Positions 47,472 through 59,399 of a stretch of 64,000 nucleotides of DNA are shown here, piece by piece. How positions within the stretch are numbered: position 1 is the stretch's first letter; every line of letters begins with the position of its first letter. The notes beneath the pieces are model-generated. The model was not told where the DNA came from. It saw only the letters and a program-made list of their open reading frames with translations, and searched no databases. Source of the DNA: Dipteris shenzhenensis (Eukaryota); assembly GCA_047967505.1 (NCBI GenBank), contig CM106538.1. One strand, written 5' to 3'. Position numbers and translations under genes: made by a program.

Positions 47472-47690
47472 TGCCTTTCTCTAGAGATCTATGGGGATTC
47501 TCCAAGAGCTTTAAATCAATGCTATCATGATGTTAATGCCTTTCTCTAGATATCTATAGGGATTCTCTAAGGGCCTTAAATCAATGCTATCATGGAAGGA
47601 TAACATCAGAGACGATTTAAAGGTTGTCCTTAAATGAATGCTATCATGGAAGGATAACGGGGGACAGGATTTAAAGGTTGTCCTAATCTA
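47472..47690. repeat. Short tandem repeats (about 55-65 bp) upstream of XPD
   Basis: ttaaat.aatgctatcatg occurs three times; gcctttctctaga.atctat.gggattctc twice; atttaaaggttgtcct twice. Confidence 0.8.
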
Positions 47691-47741
47691 AGGCTGACCT
47701 TGTCCCATCTCCTTTGGCACACCTAGTGAAATTTTCACCTT

Positions 47742-47948
47742 GTTTTAATTTATTGTTTATTACCCACCCGTGGTCCTATTGAGTCGCACCCACCCTGCAC
47801 CAGTCGGCATAGGGTCCACAGCTATGGCAAACTCACACACACACCCCTAACCACATCCACTACACTAGACTACAACCTTCGGAGATTTTAACCTATGACC
47901 TGAGATTGGAAGGCCAATGCCTAAACTACTAGGCCAAAGCCTTGGAGG
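47742..47948 (-). mobile_element. Possible tRNA-derived SINE
   Basis: The minus strand has an A-box-like TGGCCTAGTAG (47936-47926) and a B-box-like GGTTAAAATCTCC (47893-47881) at tRNA spacing, plus an A-rich 3' end. Both boxes are degenerate. Confidence 0.4.
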
Positions 47949-48399
47949 CAATGAGTACTATCATTACATGACCAAGATTGGGAATTCTCAAAGGACAATA
48001 AGCCAGTGTCAAGCATGTGTCATCATGCTAATGGTTGAAATAAAACCGCATAGAAAGTTGATTAAAGCACGGAAGCAAATAGAAAGGTATAGAAAATGGC
48101 CGCTTTAATTAGAACATGGCTCTATAAAAATATATAGTATCTAGACTACCTCACAACAGTATCCAAGAGCATCGTCAATTCCATCAATCGCCAAGTAGTT
48201 TCTAAGTTGCTTCAGGATGTAGGTACTACAGATCACATTGGTGCAAGATTACCAAAGGGACTTAGTCATCATAAGACTCTTAGACACTTTGGAGGTACTT
48301 GATCTTGCCGCCAACTAGTGCAACTTTACCATCTTGCAAAGGGATTTAAGTAGCTTGTTGAGGTTTTATCGAGATTGTAGCTAAAGGTACGTGGCAGAA

Positions 48400-51300
48400 T
48401 GTAATTGCTAGTAGTCACAAAGCTCTTTGCCACGAAGGCCTTATAATGCCATAATGTTCGCATTGCAAGCTCGGGATATATACAGTATCGACCAAGGCTG
48501 TAGCATCCATCATCTCACAACACTTGACAGATAGCCCATTCGACTTGATGGGCACTGCCAAACCATAGAATTCATACTCTGTCTTGGAGAATATGATAGT
48601 TGCAACCACACAAATGCAATACCAAAAAGGAAACACGCACGAGATAGCCATAGTGTTCTTGAGAGTGATTGGCCATCAATCAGCCTCTGACATTCTACAC
48701 AAGCGGGCGTCCGTCAATAAACTCTACTTGTGTCGACTTGTCAATAAAGATTGCATTGTTTCCATTCCTATTTCTATTTGGACATGGCCCATATGATAGG
48801 TGCATCTTGTTCACCGACTACCTGAAGATGCGGACATGGTGCATCTTGTTCGTTGACTACCTAAAGATGTGCATCAGGACATTATTCTTTGTATACACAT
48901 TGTATAAGCCATATAGGCTACTCATGTACCAACTAAAGCAAGCTGTGCATATCAAAAATAGCACCAAGATGGTCTACTTACGAAGAGAGATCAATAGCTT
49001 CAAGAAGACCAACCATAATGCTACCGAGCAAGACGTGTAAATAAATATTCTCAAGTACAGGTTACCTGTGACGTTGCCTAGATTGCCATCATGTCCCATC
49101 AAAATCTAAAGGACATGATCATGATGATGGTTGATAGGTGGGGCTTGCCAAACCTATTTCTCACTCTTATAGCAGCCGGCAAAGTCATGATGACACACTA
49201 GCTCGAGATCAACAACATTGAGGTGTTGTCGCATCTATAAACCCAAACTCGACTTGGAGGGATTGCTCGGTTGAGTATGTGGTCCTCTTCTACTATCGGT
49301 TAAATATGTTCATGCAACATCACACCTCAAAGCATCATCTCACCCGATACAAGATCAAGAACCACGGGTTGCTACACGTATGCATCATGATGTGGGTATA
49401 CACAGATGACATTGATAGGATTGCCACAAGATAGTGACTCACATACCAAGGAACAATGCTAGAAATCCATGCCGCTCATATCTATTGCAAGCTCTCCCAC
49501 ATGACCTAGTGATGATGAGATAGAACCACGTCTATCGAAAATCATGCATCAAGGAGCCAACTAGCCAAAAATGCAAGTACGGGTTCCACTTCAACACATA
49601 GCCAAACCATTTTGCAACAATCAACAAAAAGACATAGCGATGGCCATACCAATGGCTAGGATATGATCATCAAAATGTCGTCCCATATTACTTCAACATG
49701 TTACTGCTCTAGGGCATGCATATGAATGTCCAATTCATCCACAAACTGTGGTATCTCGAACTACCTTCAGAAGTATGCCATGAAGATGGAGCTAATGGGC
49801 CTAATCAAACTCAATATTGATAATGCAAGTCACCTGGGCCTAAATAACCTAGGGTTCTAGACCCAATCAAGCCAAATATTGTCTCTGCCTTCATGTTGAC
49901 TAAGCCAACATTCCCTACTGAGGCGACACTAAACTACTAGTAAATCTTTCTCATTGAGCGGAGCGAAGTAGTCCACTACATAAACTCATCGCCGCCTGTA
50001 CTTTGGCAAAAGATTATGACAATGCATGGACACATTGTTATGCATCCAATAAACTTGTATTGTGCACAGCCGAATGAGATGATTACTAAGTGCCCATTTC
50101 TACGATCTGACATTATGACGTCACTTGAGGTCAACGAGATGAATGATGTAGACCCGTTGCATGATTGTTGGGGCTACTTCATGAGTTCAAATTGATGGAA
50201 CATGCCAACTTGATGCCAAAGCAATGATGCATATACAATGAGATCATCTCAAAAGGCAGTGAACTCCACATCATTTGTGGGATGCTAGGTACAAGGAGAA
50301 CATTCTTGACCAAGTACATGCAACATCACCTATCATCTTGTCAAGTATGATAAGTCCGCAATATTACTATGACCATTGGTGGAGTAGCAACACCCTCAGT
50401 TGCATTGCCATGACTATTCATCATTAGTTCAAGATCACAAAGTACTCGTAGCTATAACCCCTCCTTCATTCTTGAGATGGATGAGCGACACTATGTGCTC
50501 ATGCAAGCTGATGTCATCATCATCTATGAGATATCCATGATATTGAGAGTGACATTCGATCTTGTCAGCCGATAGTTGTGTGAGTCACATCGCAGTCCAT
50601 CCATAGCCTGTTTGAAAAGGAGCTCGTGCCACTATTTAGAGACCTCGCACAACCATTTGCAATATATAAACACTAGGTGGACTTTTGCCAAATGTGCCAT
50701 ATCAAAAACTTGCCACATAGGTAGCCTAACACAATATACAACATGAAACACTACATCCGTCACATGATTGACAATGACTTCCTCCAATTCTTGAACATCA
50801 TACAAACGTGAAAGCCAACAACCGATGTGATACAGTGCTACCTTGGTGGGGATCATCATTAACAAAGAGCAAGTAGAACAATACTTGGATAAAAACACAA
50901 CAATCATTTGCTTGCATAGCCTCAATGCCAAGGAATACAATTGGAAGATGCTAGACATGGTCTTTTCACCAAACAAAATACAATCAGTCGAGTTAATCAC
51001 AAAATGCGAGAGATGAAATAACATTACAAGAATGGCTGGAAGATGAGATATTTCATGAGCTCAATGAGATTGCAAAAGGAGATAGGATAATGATCATTAA
51101 AAAACTCAACCTGACTATAGGAGCAGCCAATGACACTGCAATTGTGCCACAATCATTAGCATCTAGCACTCGTCTCTAAGCAACAATCACATCATGGCTA
51201 TCCATGTAGTCATCAAACATAATGTCATAGCCAATTGTCCTGCACAAAAGTAGACATATGAGAAAACCCATCAACGGCCAATGGTACCACAAGAAAACAT

Positions 51301-51450
51301 TTTCTATCACAATTGCCTATGTTGTCACAAGCCACAAGGCACAAGGGTGCACAATCTCAACCAAAGCCATGGTGGTAATTCAAGAAGCATTCACACCCAT
51401 TTAGCATATGTTATGCTATCCAGATTCACAATATGACACAACCTTTGTAT
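48400..51450 (+). mobile_element. Decayed Helitron Rep-helicase
   Basis: Rep motifs in order: LFPFLF.FGHG, GLPNLFLTL, HGLLHV, CKYGFP, YLQKYAMKME. Pif1-like motifs follow: GMLGTRRT, IIIYEISM, GDRIMIIKKLN..GAAN, IAYVVTSHKAQG, YVMLSR. Many stops and frameshifts. A possible 3' end CTAG|T lies at 53389-53393. Confidence 0.8.
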
Positions 51451-53407
51451 TGTGGGACAATTAACACTAGACACCATCCAATTGTAAAATCTCATATTAG
51501 AAGAAGTAACAATATTTTCCACAAATTCCTTACTTTGATTCTACACGTACAAATCAGCCGTCTTGTTTTGACACGTGCTATTAACTACATCATCAACCAT
51601 GGACCCAAACCAAGTAATAGATAGAAACCACCATTTTTATCTCGTTCAATTCAATGAAATTATGATCAAACACTCCAGATAAACAAAAAATGTCTACTTA
51701 TCAACAACCCAGATGAAGCTGGCAAATAATGCAAGTAGAGAGCCCATTGCATACATCCGAGGGTTCCCTTCATATGGAAATTGAATGAGTTCATGAAAGC
51801 AACAACTAGCCAAAAAGGACAATTCTGACCGATTTGCAAATGGTAATGTCAGTAACTATCATGATGAATCGACTATAACTATTGCAAAAATAGAGTTTTA
51901 CTAACAATTGTCTAATGAATTGATTTGCAAGCCTTGTGAAATGGGTGAATTGGTGGATGTGATACTCAGACAGTAACGGAAGTGCCGAACATTGAAGACT
52001 ACCCAACCAAAGGTGACAAAGAGGAACAAAAGAAAGCACAAGGAAGCTATACATAAATATCATCAAGCCTAATCTATACATGTTGCAAGGAAAAGCACAA
52101 GAGGTATTCAATAGTAAAGCAAATGAGATCTCTTACTACTGCTTCGAGTTGTTGCACTACGGGTTCAATGTCATGGTTGATCCTTGCTGCCAATGTCATG
52201 GTTGATCCTTGGCAGGTAGCATTAGATCGGAAGACAAGTGCTGATATTTTGAACAATTTTATGGATGAGTTTGGATACAAGTACTCAAATGACAAAACTA
52301 TATTGACAATAGAAAAGGTAACCAAATTAATAGCACTTGATCTAGCAGACGAGCTATATGGCGAACCAAAGATAGACCTGCCGTTCACCCAAAAAAATAA
52401 AGGTATGCAAGTAATGCTACCTTGGTGCATAATTCTACCAAGAAAATAATTGTCCATTGTTATTTTTAAAACAAAAACCATGAAATAAATAGTCCTTGGT
52501 TGTTGCCTTGCTAGTCTAGAGAGCAAAGCCACCCATGATCATGGATATGACACACACCCGACAAAGTAGCTTGTAATAGCAAAAGCAACCATGTGGTCTA
52601 CTGCATAACTTGCAAGCATATTAAAAAAATACATCGACCACACCATCAATCTGGCAACATGCATTCAAACCCACAAACATCGACCACTAGCTAGGATGAG
52701 ATCAAATGTAGAAGAATATACCTTTTGATGAAAGCTTTAGTGTAGACATTCTAGCAAACATAGAAAATGTAGATAATGCAATCACCTTAGAACAAAAATA
52801 CATAGTTGAGTTTGATACGAATGGCAATAGAGGATACAACAATCTCAAAGGATACCCTCCTTGTGAGAAAAAATATTACTACTTAAAACACTGCCACATT
52901 AAATAGACCATCCATGGGATTTTTTAAAGAGCATTTTTCTTAAGTATTTCTTGTGACTATTGTGAGTAATCACTATAACATGTAGCTATACTTTTGCTCA
53001 TGATGTTTTTATTACACTACATATCCATCAGTTTTATCGTTTTTAATAATCAATAGAAATTGAACTTTGAAATTAGATAAAACTAAGCATGACTCAACAA
53101 TTGTAAGCTAAGACTCTTCGTCATGCTGAATCGCAAAACAAGGACATCAATGTGTAACCACAGATTTTAATTTATAATCTCACATCGATCTTTTACTTAG
53201 GCATGCTTCGATATACAATTTTGAAAAATAATTTTGCTTAAGTACTTGTTATGTCGATTCCAAAGGTATGTTGTAAGCTGTAGTTCTACTTTTGTAAAAT
53301 AATCTCTTGTGCAATATTTTTGTTATTTTTAATAACCAATAAAATGCAATTTCAAAAGCAGATTGCGGGAAGGGTTGGTCATATGCTGCTAGTTATTATT
53401 ACTATTT

Positions 53408-53411
<4 letters not shown>

Positions 53412-53474
<63 letters not shown>

Positions 53475-53510
53475 TAAAGTCTTCGAAAGACTATTGGGCC
53501 TATGAGATTG
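53412..53510 (-). mobile_element. LINE-family terminal hairpin with long (TC)n tail
   Basis: The minus strand reads atctcat aggcc caata gtctt tcga agac tttaata, followed by the GA run at 53412-53470. Confidence 0.6.
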
Positions 53511-53586
53511 TAACAAGCTTGATACAACAAAAGCTGAAAGGGTGGAAATTATAAGTTAGCATGACACCCATGATACATAGTATAGG

Positions 53587-53765
53587 CTACTAAGACTACT
53601 ATGATCATTGATGATGACGATGATGATGGGAATGCTTGCCCCAAAAGGCACACCGGGATTATTTTCCAACATAGGAACACTACTAAGACTACTATGATCA
53701 TTGATGATGATGATGAGAATCTTTTCCACGAAAGGCACATTGGGATTATTTTCCAACATAGGAAC
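53587..53765. repeat. Tandem duplication, about 93-bp unit
   Basis: ctactaagactactatgatcattgatgatga...gggattattttccaacataggaac occurs twice. Confidence 0.9.
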
Positions 53766-54667
53766 GTTGATTTGAGGCTCAATCTTGCAAATCCATGTTT
53801 ACAAAGAGATGCAAAGTAAAACAAGAGTGCACAAGCAAGTGTGGCACTACCTCCTACTGTAGTGGTAAAGCAAGCACTTTTGTATGCACAAGAGAAAGAA
53901 AACAATTTTTAAAAGGGAGTTTGGCTATTAAGAGGCAAATTTTGTAAGAAAATATCCATGAATTCTAATTTCAAACACACCGCTTAATTAAACTTACAAA
54001 TGGAATTCACAAAGGAGTTAGACAAAAGTGTTTGATTCTTCCACTAGTCTTATAATGCATTTGGATTGATGGTTTGATGCTTGATATAGGCACATCAACC
54101 TTCTTGGTTTGAGGAGAGTTGGATGTTCCCTCACTTGACTTCGACATCACAAGTTGTTTTTTAAGCTTGAGATACATCCACAAGTTGTCTAGTCTTCATA
54201 CATATCTCTCACATTTGTTCAACTATGTCATTTGACTATTCTAATGAAGGCACATCATTCTTTTTGGTTTGAGGAGAGTTGGATGTTCCCTTACTATTGT
54301 AATGTCATGGGTGATTAAAGTCTATTCCTCATATATACCCTCCACAAGATCTCCAATTTGCTCAACTAAATAATCCAACTTTTCTAACTCCTTGTCTAGA
54401 GTATCATTCAAATGCCCTCATCACTATAAATTGTGTTTTCCTTTTGCATTTATTCAAAGATAACTTTCAAATTGAAAAACATATCTTATTGGTTGTCAAA
54501 TTGTACAACTTGCATGCCTTTCATCCTAATGAACATACAGTTCTTACTTCATGATCCAAAATTTTCCCTTTCATCTATATTTATATGGGCATATACTAGT
54601 AAACCAAATATTTAAAGATGTGTCACCATTGGTTTCCCTTCTATCAATGCCTATTCTAGTGTTATAT

Positions 54668-57600
54668 TGTTGACTGCCACAACGATTAACAATTCATGTA
54701 CCATGATGAGAAAACAAAAATGTAGCAAGGAGTAGAAAATGACAATTCCCTTGGGGCCCAAGTGGTTGTAAAACAAGAGAAGAGAGGTACATGAGAGTAC
54801 AAGGGTTAGCCCTCCCTTCAAAACGTGGATATGTATATAAGGCCAAAAGTTCAATTTTGGTCTTCATTGTGTACTTACAAGATTGGAATAGAAGCTCTCT
54901 TCTTCTCCTCATTCTCTCACATTGAGTTTTTTGCTCTTTCTTGTTAAGTTGCCTTGTGATGCCACTCTCCCCCTCCCCCGATCTTTTCTCCCTGCTGCTC
55001 TGACTCCCATCACCCTCCTTCCTCCCCTCTCTTCTCTTCCTTCGTGGAATTACTTGCACATGATCTGGTAGATGCTTAGGTGATAAAAGTGGATGGTTTG
55101 TGCATATAGAGCTCTCACAAGGAGTTGTTTGAGAGTAGGGGCCTCAACGACATTCCCCGAAGATGCCACAACACGTGAGTCATCGTCGGACTTCACATTT
55201 TTGGCACCATTCCAGGGAGTTCAAGGTATGCTTATGTATTGCACAAGCTTTCTATCATTACCCCTCCATTATCCACCCATTGCACAATGCTTCTATCTTA
55301 TCTAGAGGTGTTGTTAGTGGAGTATAGGCTGGTTTTGAAGGAGGACAATGTGAGTCTTGAGTAGGAAAAGTAGAAACTTCCACTTCCATCACAGGGTGCT
55401 TTTTGCACATTTGAGCTTGTTTTTTTTGTTGTCACATTGTGGGAGTAGCTAGTAGGGATGATTGCTAAGGTGTGTGTGGTGTCGCATTTCACTTGCAAAC
55501 ACTAAAAAATGAGTTTGAATTAGTTCAAGTTGACACATGAGTGTGTTCTCATCACCCACCTTTAAAAATCCCCCATTTGATGCTTTTAATTGGTTGTTTT
55601 TTGTGCTTTTTTAATTTGAGTAGGTAGAGTAGGTAGTATAGCACCCATTTGTGGTCACAGACTTTGAACTAACACTCTAGAATTCTCATTGAGCACCAAA
55701 AACCAATCGGCGACTAAGCTAGACTAGGAGTCATTGATGCTATAAAATTAACGTAGCGACTCAACCAGTCTCGTTGCTATATAATGCAGCAACGGCTGAC
55801 TCGTGGATTGCCAGTTGGCCACCCACCCCCAACCACCTCACCTAACCTCATGTGGTAGGTAATGAACTCACAACTGTCACTTCAGAGGTCAACCCCCACT
55901 TTAAGGCTAACGCAACGACTTGTGACCCATTGCTTTATCCAGTCGTCATCACTGCTATAATGAGTCATTGCTATATTTACCCTATACACATCGTTGCTGA
56001 CATGTTGCTTGTGTTGCTGAGCCATTGCTTTATGTAGTTAAAACTATAGTCAGCTATGCCAGTCGTCGTTGCTTTATTAAAGCCAAAATTTCTGTGCTCA
56101 CCCATTGCTTTAATAGGTCCCTATATAAACAACCTGCCTCATTCTCCAGGATCTCACTTGTTTTCTCACCAAAACTTTGATAGGTTTTTTTCGAATTCCC
56201 ACAGCCTCCACATGCTCGCGCAATCACTTCTTCCCCTCCCTAGTCTACATGTCCACCATCTCTTCGCACTCCCTAAGTGCTCATGACCTCTTCTCCATCG
56301 AGGAACCCATTGGTGAGATTTCATCGGCCCTTCCTCATTCAGGCACACCTTCCTCATCCTGTATGATCTTCATGCCACTACTTGGCCAAATGGAGCAAGA
56401 GCAGTTTGAGGAATCCTCAGCTCAACACTCCACTACATGCTCACTCTACAAACACTGCATTTAGGACACTACAAAAGCACAAAACTTTTCCAAGCATGTA
56501 GTGCAAGCTATGAGGTTTTCACCTCTTGGCCAAGAGTAGCTTGAATAGCTCTAGGGTGTCAACTACACTCACAGTTCAAGTGCAATGCCAAGGACTATAG
56601 ACTCTATTATCACAATGCGGTAGTGTACGAGGCATTCCAGGACCTCGATGTGGTGCCATACATCCAATCCATGGGATTGCAATCGGTTGCAGATAGGTTC
56701 CCATGCCACCTCAACCTCTACCATGCGGTGGAGTTTATCAATCATTACAATAAGGGGACACACACCACAAGTTGGCTACATGCCGATGGTGAGTATCATT
56801 ACTACCAATTTACGGTAGTAACTGTCTAGTGCACATTCAACCTCCCAAAAATCTCCCAACCTTTTGCAATGCTGTAGGAAATAGAAAAGTGGTTAGCAAC
56901 AGTGGTCCCCTATAACTCAAAGATACATCGAGGAGGGTACCCATTAGTCTTATTGAGAATCGGTCACTGGCTAAGGCAGCTCGGGTAATCACACTGCTCA
57001 CCCAGATTCAACTAACAGAACACCATAGTGTTGTGATCCCCAACTTCATAGCATGACTCATCAAGCCTGAGAAAACAAACTGGGCTAGTTATTTCTATGA
57101 GGATATACTCAACATGTCCAAGTCATGATGATCAACAACAGCATGTCCAAGTCATGGAGGAGAAAAGAGCGCTTGAACTTCAAGGGCAATAATAGGCCGT
57201 GTTGGTCGAGCAGCTACATATAGCCGCACAACAATGGGAACAAGTATTGGCACTCCAAGTGGACCTGCAAGTGGCCAGATCTTCATCCCCTCCAGAACAA
57301 GCACAATATCTTCTCCATGAGAGGTTGCAGGATGCATCATCCCATATGCCTCCACACTTTATTTCACCTAATGCACCGTTCATGACACCTACACTTACTT
57401 CTTGCACACACTAGCCACCGCCCTTCTTCCACACAATATCCTTTTTGAAAACACTGTTACACTGCACGACCTCAATGAGGCCTTGCACTACACAACCGTC
57501 CAAGCCCATCCACTCATAGTAATGGCGTATTTTCATGAAAGATATAGTTTTGGAAGTCGACATGTATATCTAGGCCCGCTATTACTCCTCCATTACCACC

Positions 57601-59290
57601 CCATTATATATAATTTCATGGCATGGACTAGAGTGCTTCAAGAATCCATCAACTTCTTAATGACTATGCCTCTTCTCGTTGTCAAGCCCTCTCCCTTAGA
57701 AGACCTACCCTACACTCCCAAAATTCTCTAGTGCAGTCTCAAATGGATGCAAGGGTAGCTCATTTTCCATCGCATATTTAGGGTAGCAAGTGAGAAATAT
57801 CCCCCTACTGGCATCATTGTACTATATAGTAATATAGTCCAAGTCCTATAGAACATGATTCCAATTGGCATAAGCCAGTTTGATGATTCACATGTGGCCT
57901 ACCCTACCGAAGTCCAACCTCATGATATGGATCTGGCTTGGAATATTATTTATGACACCCCACAACCACCCCCATCCAACTTAGCACCTGGCAATAGAGG
58001 CCCAAGCTCCATAATCATAGGCACACACATGAGCACAGGCCCAACCACACAACCTTCCACCTCACAGCACGTCACCACGGACACGCATCAATAACCTATC
58101 AAAGGAGAGGGACAAGAAGTCATGGGCACCAAGCAATGGTACTACATCCTTAAACCCAATGTGCTCTTCTCTAACCTAGAGGGGGGCTGGCTGTATCCAC
58201 CCTATGCTCGCTGATCATGCTCGTCACCATTTACAAAAGCTACATTGTATGAGGCCATTTGAGAGATCTCACCTCCATTATGTCCTTACAGGTGAGATGA
58301 AATATCTGTAGCTTTCCTTTCCATCTATTTACATCCACCACATCCTTGATTGTTATGAATGAAGTGATCGCTTTGTATGCTTGAGAGTGGATTCCTGCGG
58401 GGCGGCGGCTACTAATCTTCTTCATCTAGTAGGTGATGGGCTACTTCTTCTTCAGGTTCCTCTTCATAAGGTAACTACAACAAAGTACCCCCGAGCTGAT
58501 GGTGATGTTGGTCTTTAACCTCAGTGTGGTAGGTTACATTTTTGATACACATAGCATTTGGAGAACCTACTGCTATGTGGGGATCGAACGGCAGCTTGAC
58601 CCCATATACATGCCATTGCACTAACGTTGGACTTGGCTAGATTTTGAAAAGATGAGGGAAGTAGACCCAAATATCGCATATAACTTCCCTTAGTTTTGAC
58701 TTCTTGGAAGTTGGCACTTCCTTAGCTTTGGCCACCCAGATGAAGGAGTTCAACACTGCATTCGCATTAGTCCAAGATCTAGTAGTTGTGGCCACTATGC
58801 ATTTCTTTTGACTACTCATCATTTTGCTTCGAGACCTCCCCAATCTCAATCTACCAGTAGAAGAACATTACCGGTGACGGTTGCACACCGAAATTGTATT
58901 TGATTTAAACGAGGTCTCTTTATTCCCTCAAGTGATGCACTTGTATGTGCGTGTCTAAAATCTTCATGGTCATCACATCCAAACCTTCGAGGACATGTTT
59001 GAGAAACATTTTAGAAGCCGCTACATCCATTTTGTTGGATCTCCCATAGAACATTCGAGCACTACATAATCATGAACAAGGTCCTCAAATCAAACATCAT
59101 GCACCTAGGACACATGGATAGATTGTGAATAGGAAGGGGGGCATGTTAACCACTGCCATAATGGTTAACAGTTCATGTACCATGATGAGAAAGCGAAAAT
59201 GTAGGAGAGAGAGCGAGGAGTAGTAGATGATAATTCTCTTGGAGTTGAATGGCCCCAAGTGGTTGTAAAACAAGAGGAGTCAGCATCAAC
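54668..59290 (+). mobile_element. Decayed Athila-like LTR element with no recognisable pol
   Basis: Direct repeats start at 54668 and 59144 (ttcatgtaccatgatgagaaa...gccccaagtggttgtaaaacaagag). CA-tttt-TGGCACCATTCCAGGGA at 55196-55218 resembles the Athila tRNA-Asp PBS. PPT AGGAAGGGGGG at 59131-59141. Confidence 0.55.
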
Positions 59291-59399
59291 ATCAGCATCA
59301 TCATCATCCTCAGTAACATCAGAATCAGCAAAGACATGATCCTTGATATATTGACAGCAGTGCATCATCTCACATAACAAATCATCAAGAATGGTTCAT

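Noticed and set aside
47166-47484. ORFs rich in poly-Ile or poly-Met
   Set aside because: They are translations of the (ATG)n/(AG)n microsatellite, not genes.
47878-47948. Functional tRNA gene
   Set aside because: The boxes are degenerate and I could not fold a convincing cloverleaf; at most it is a SINE head.
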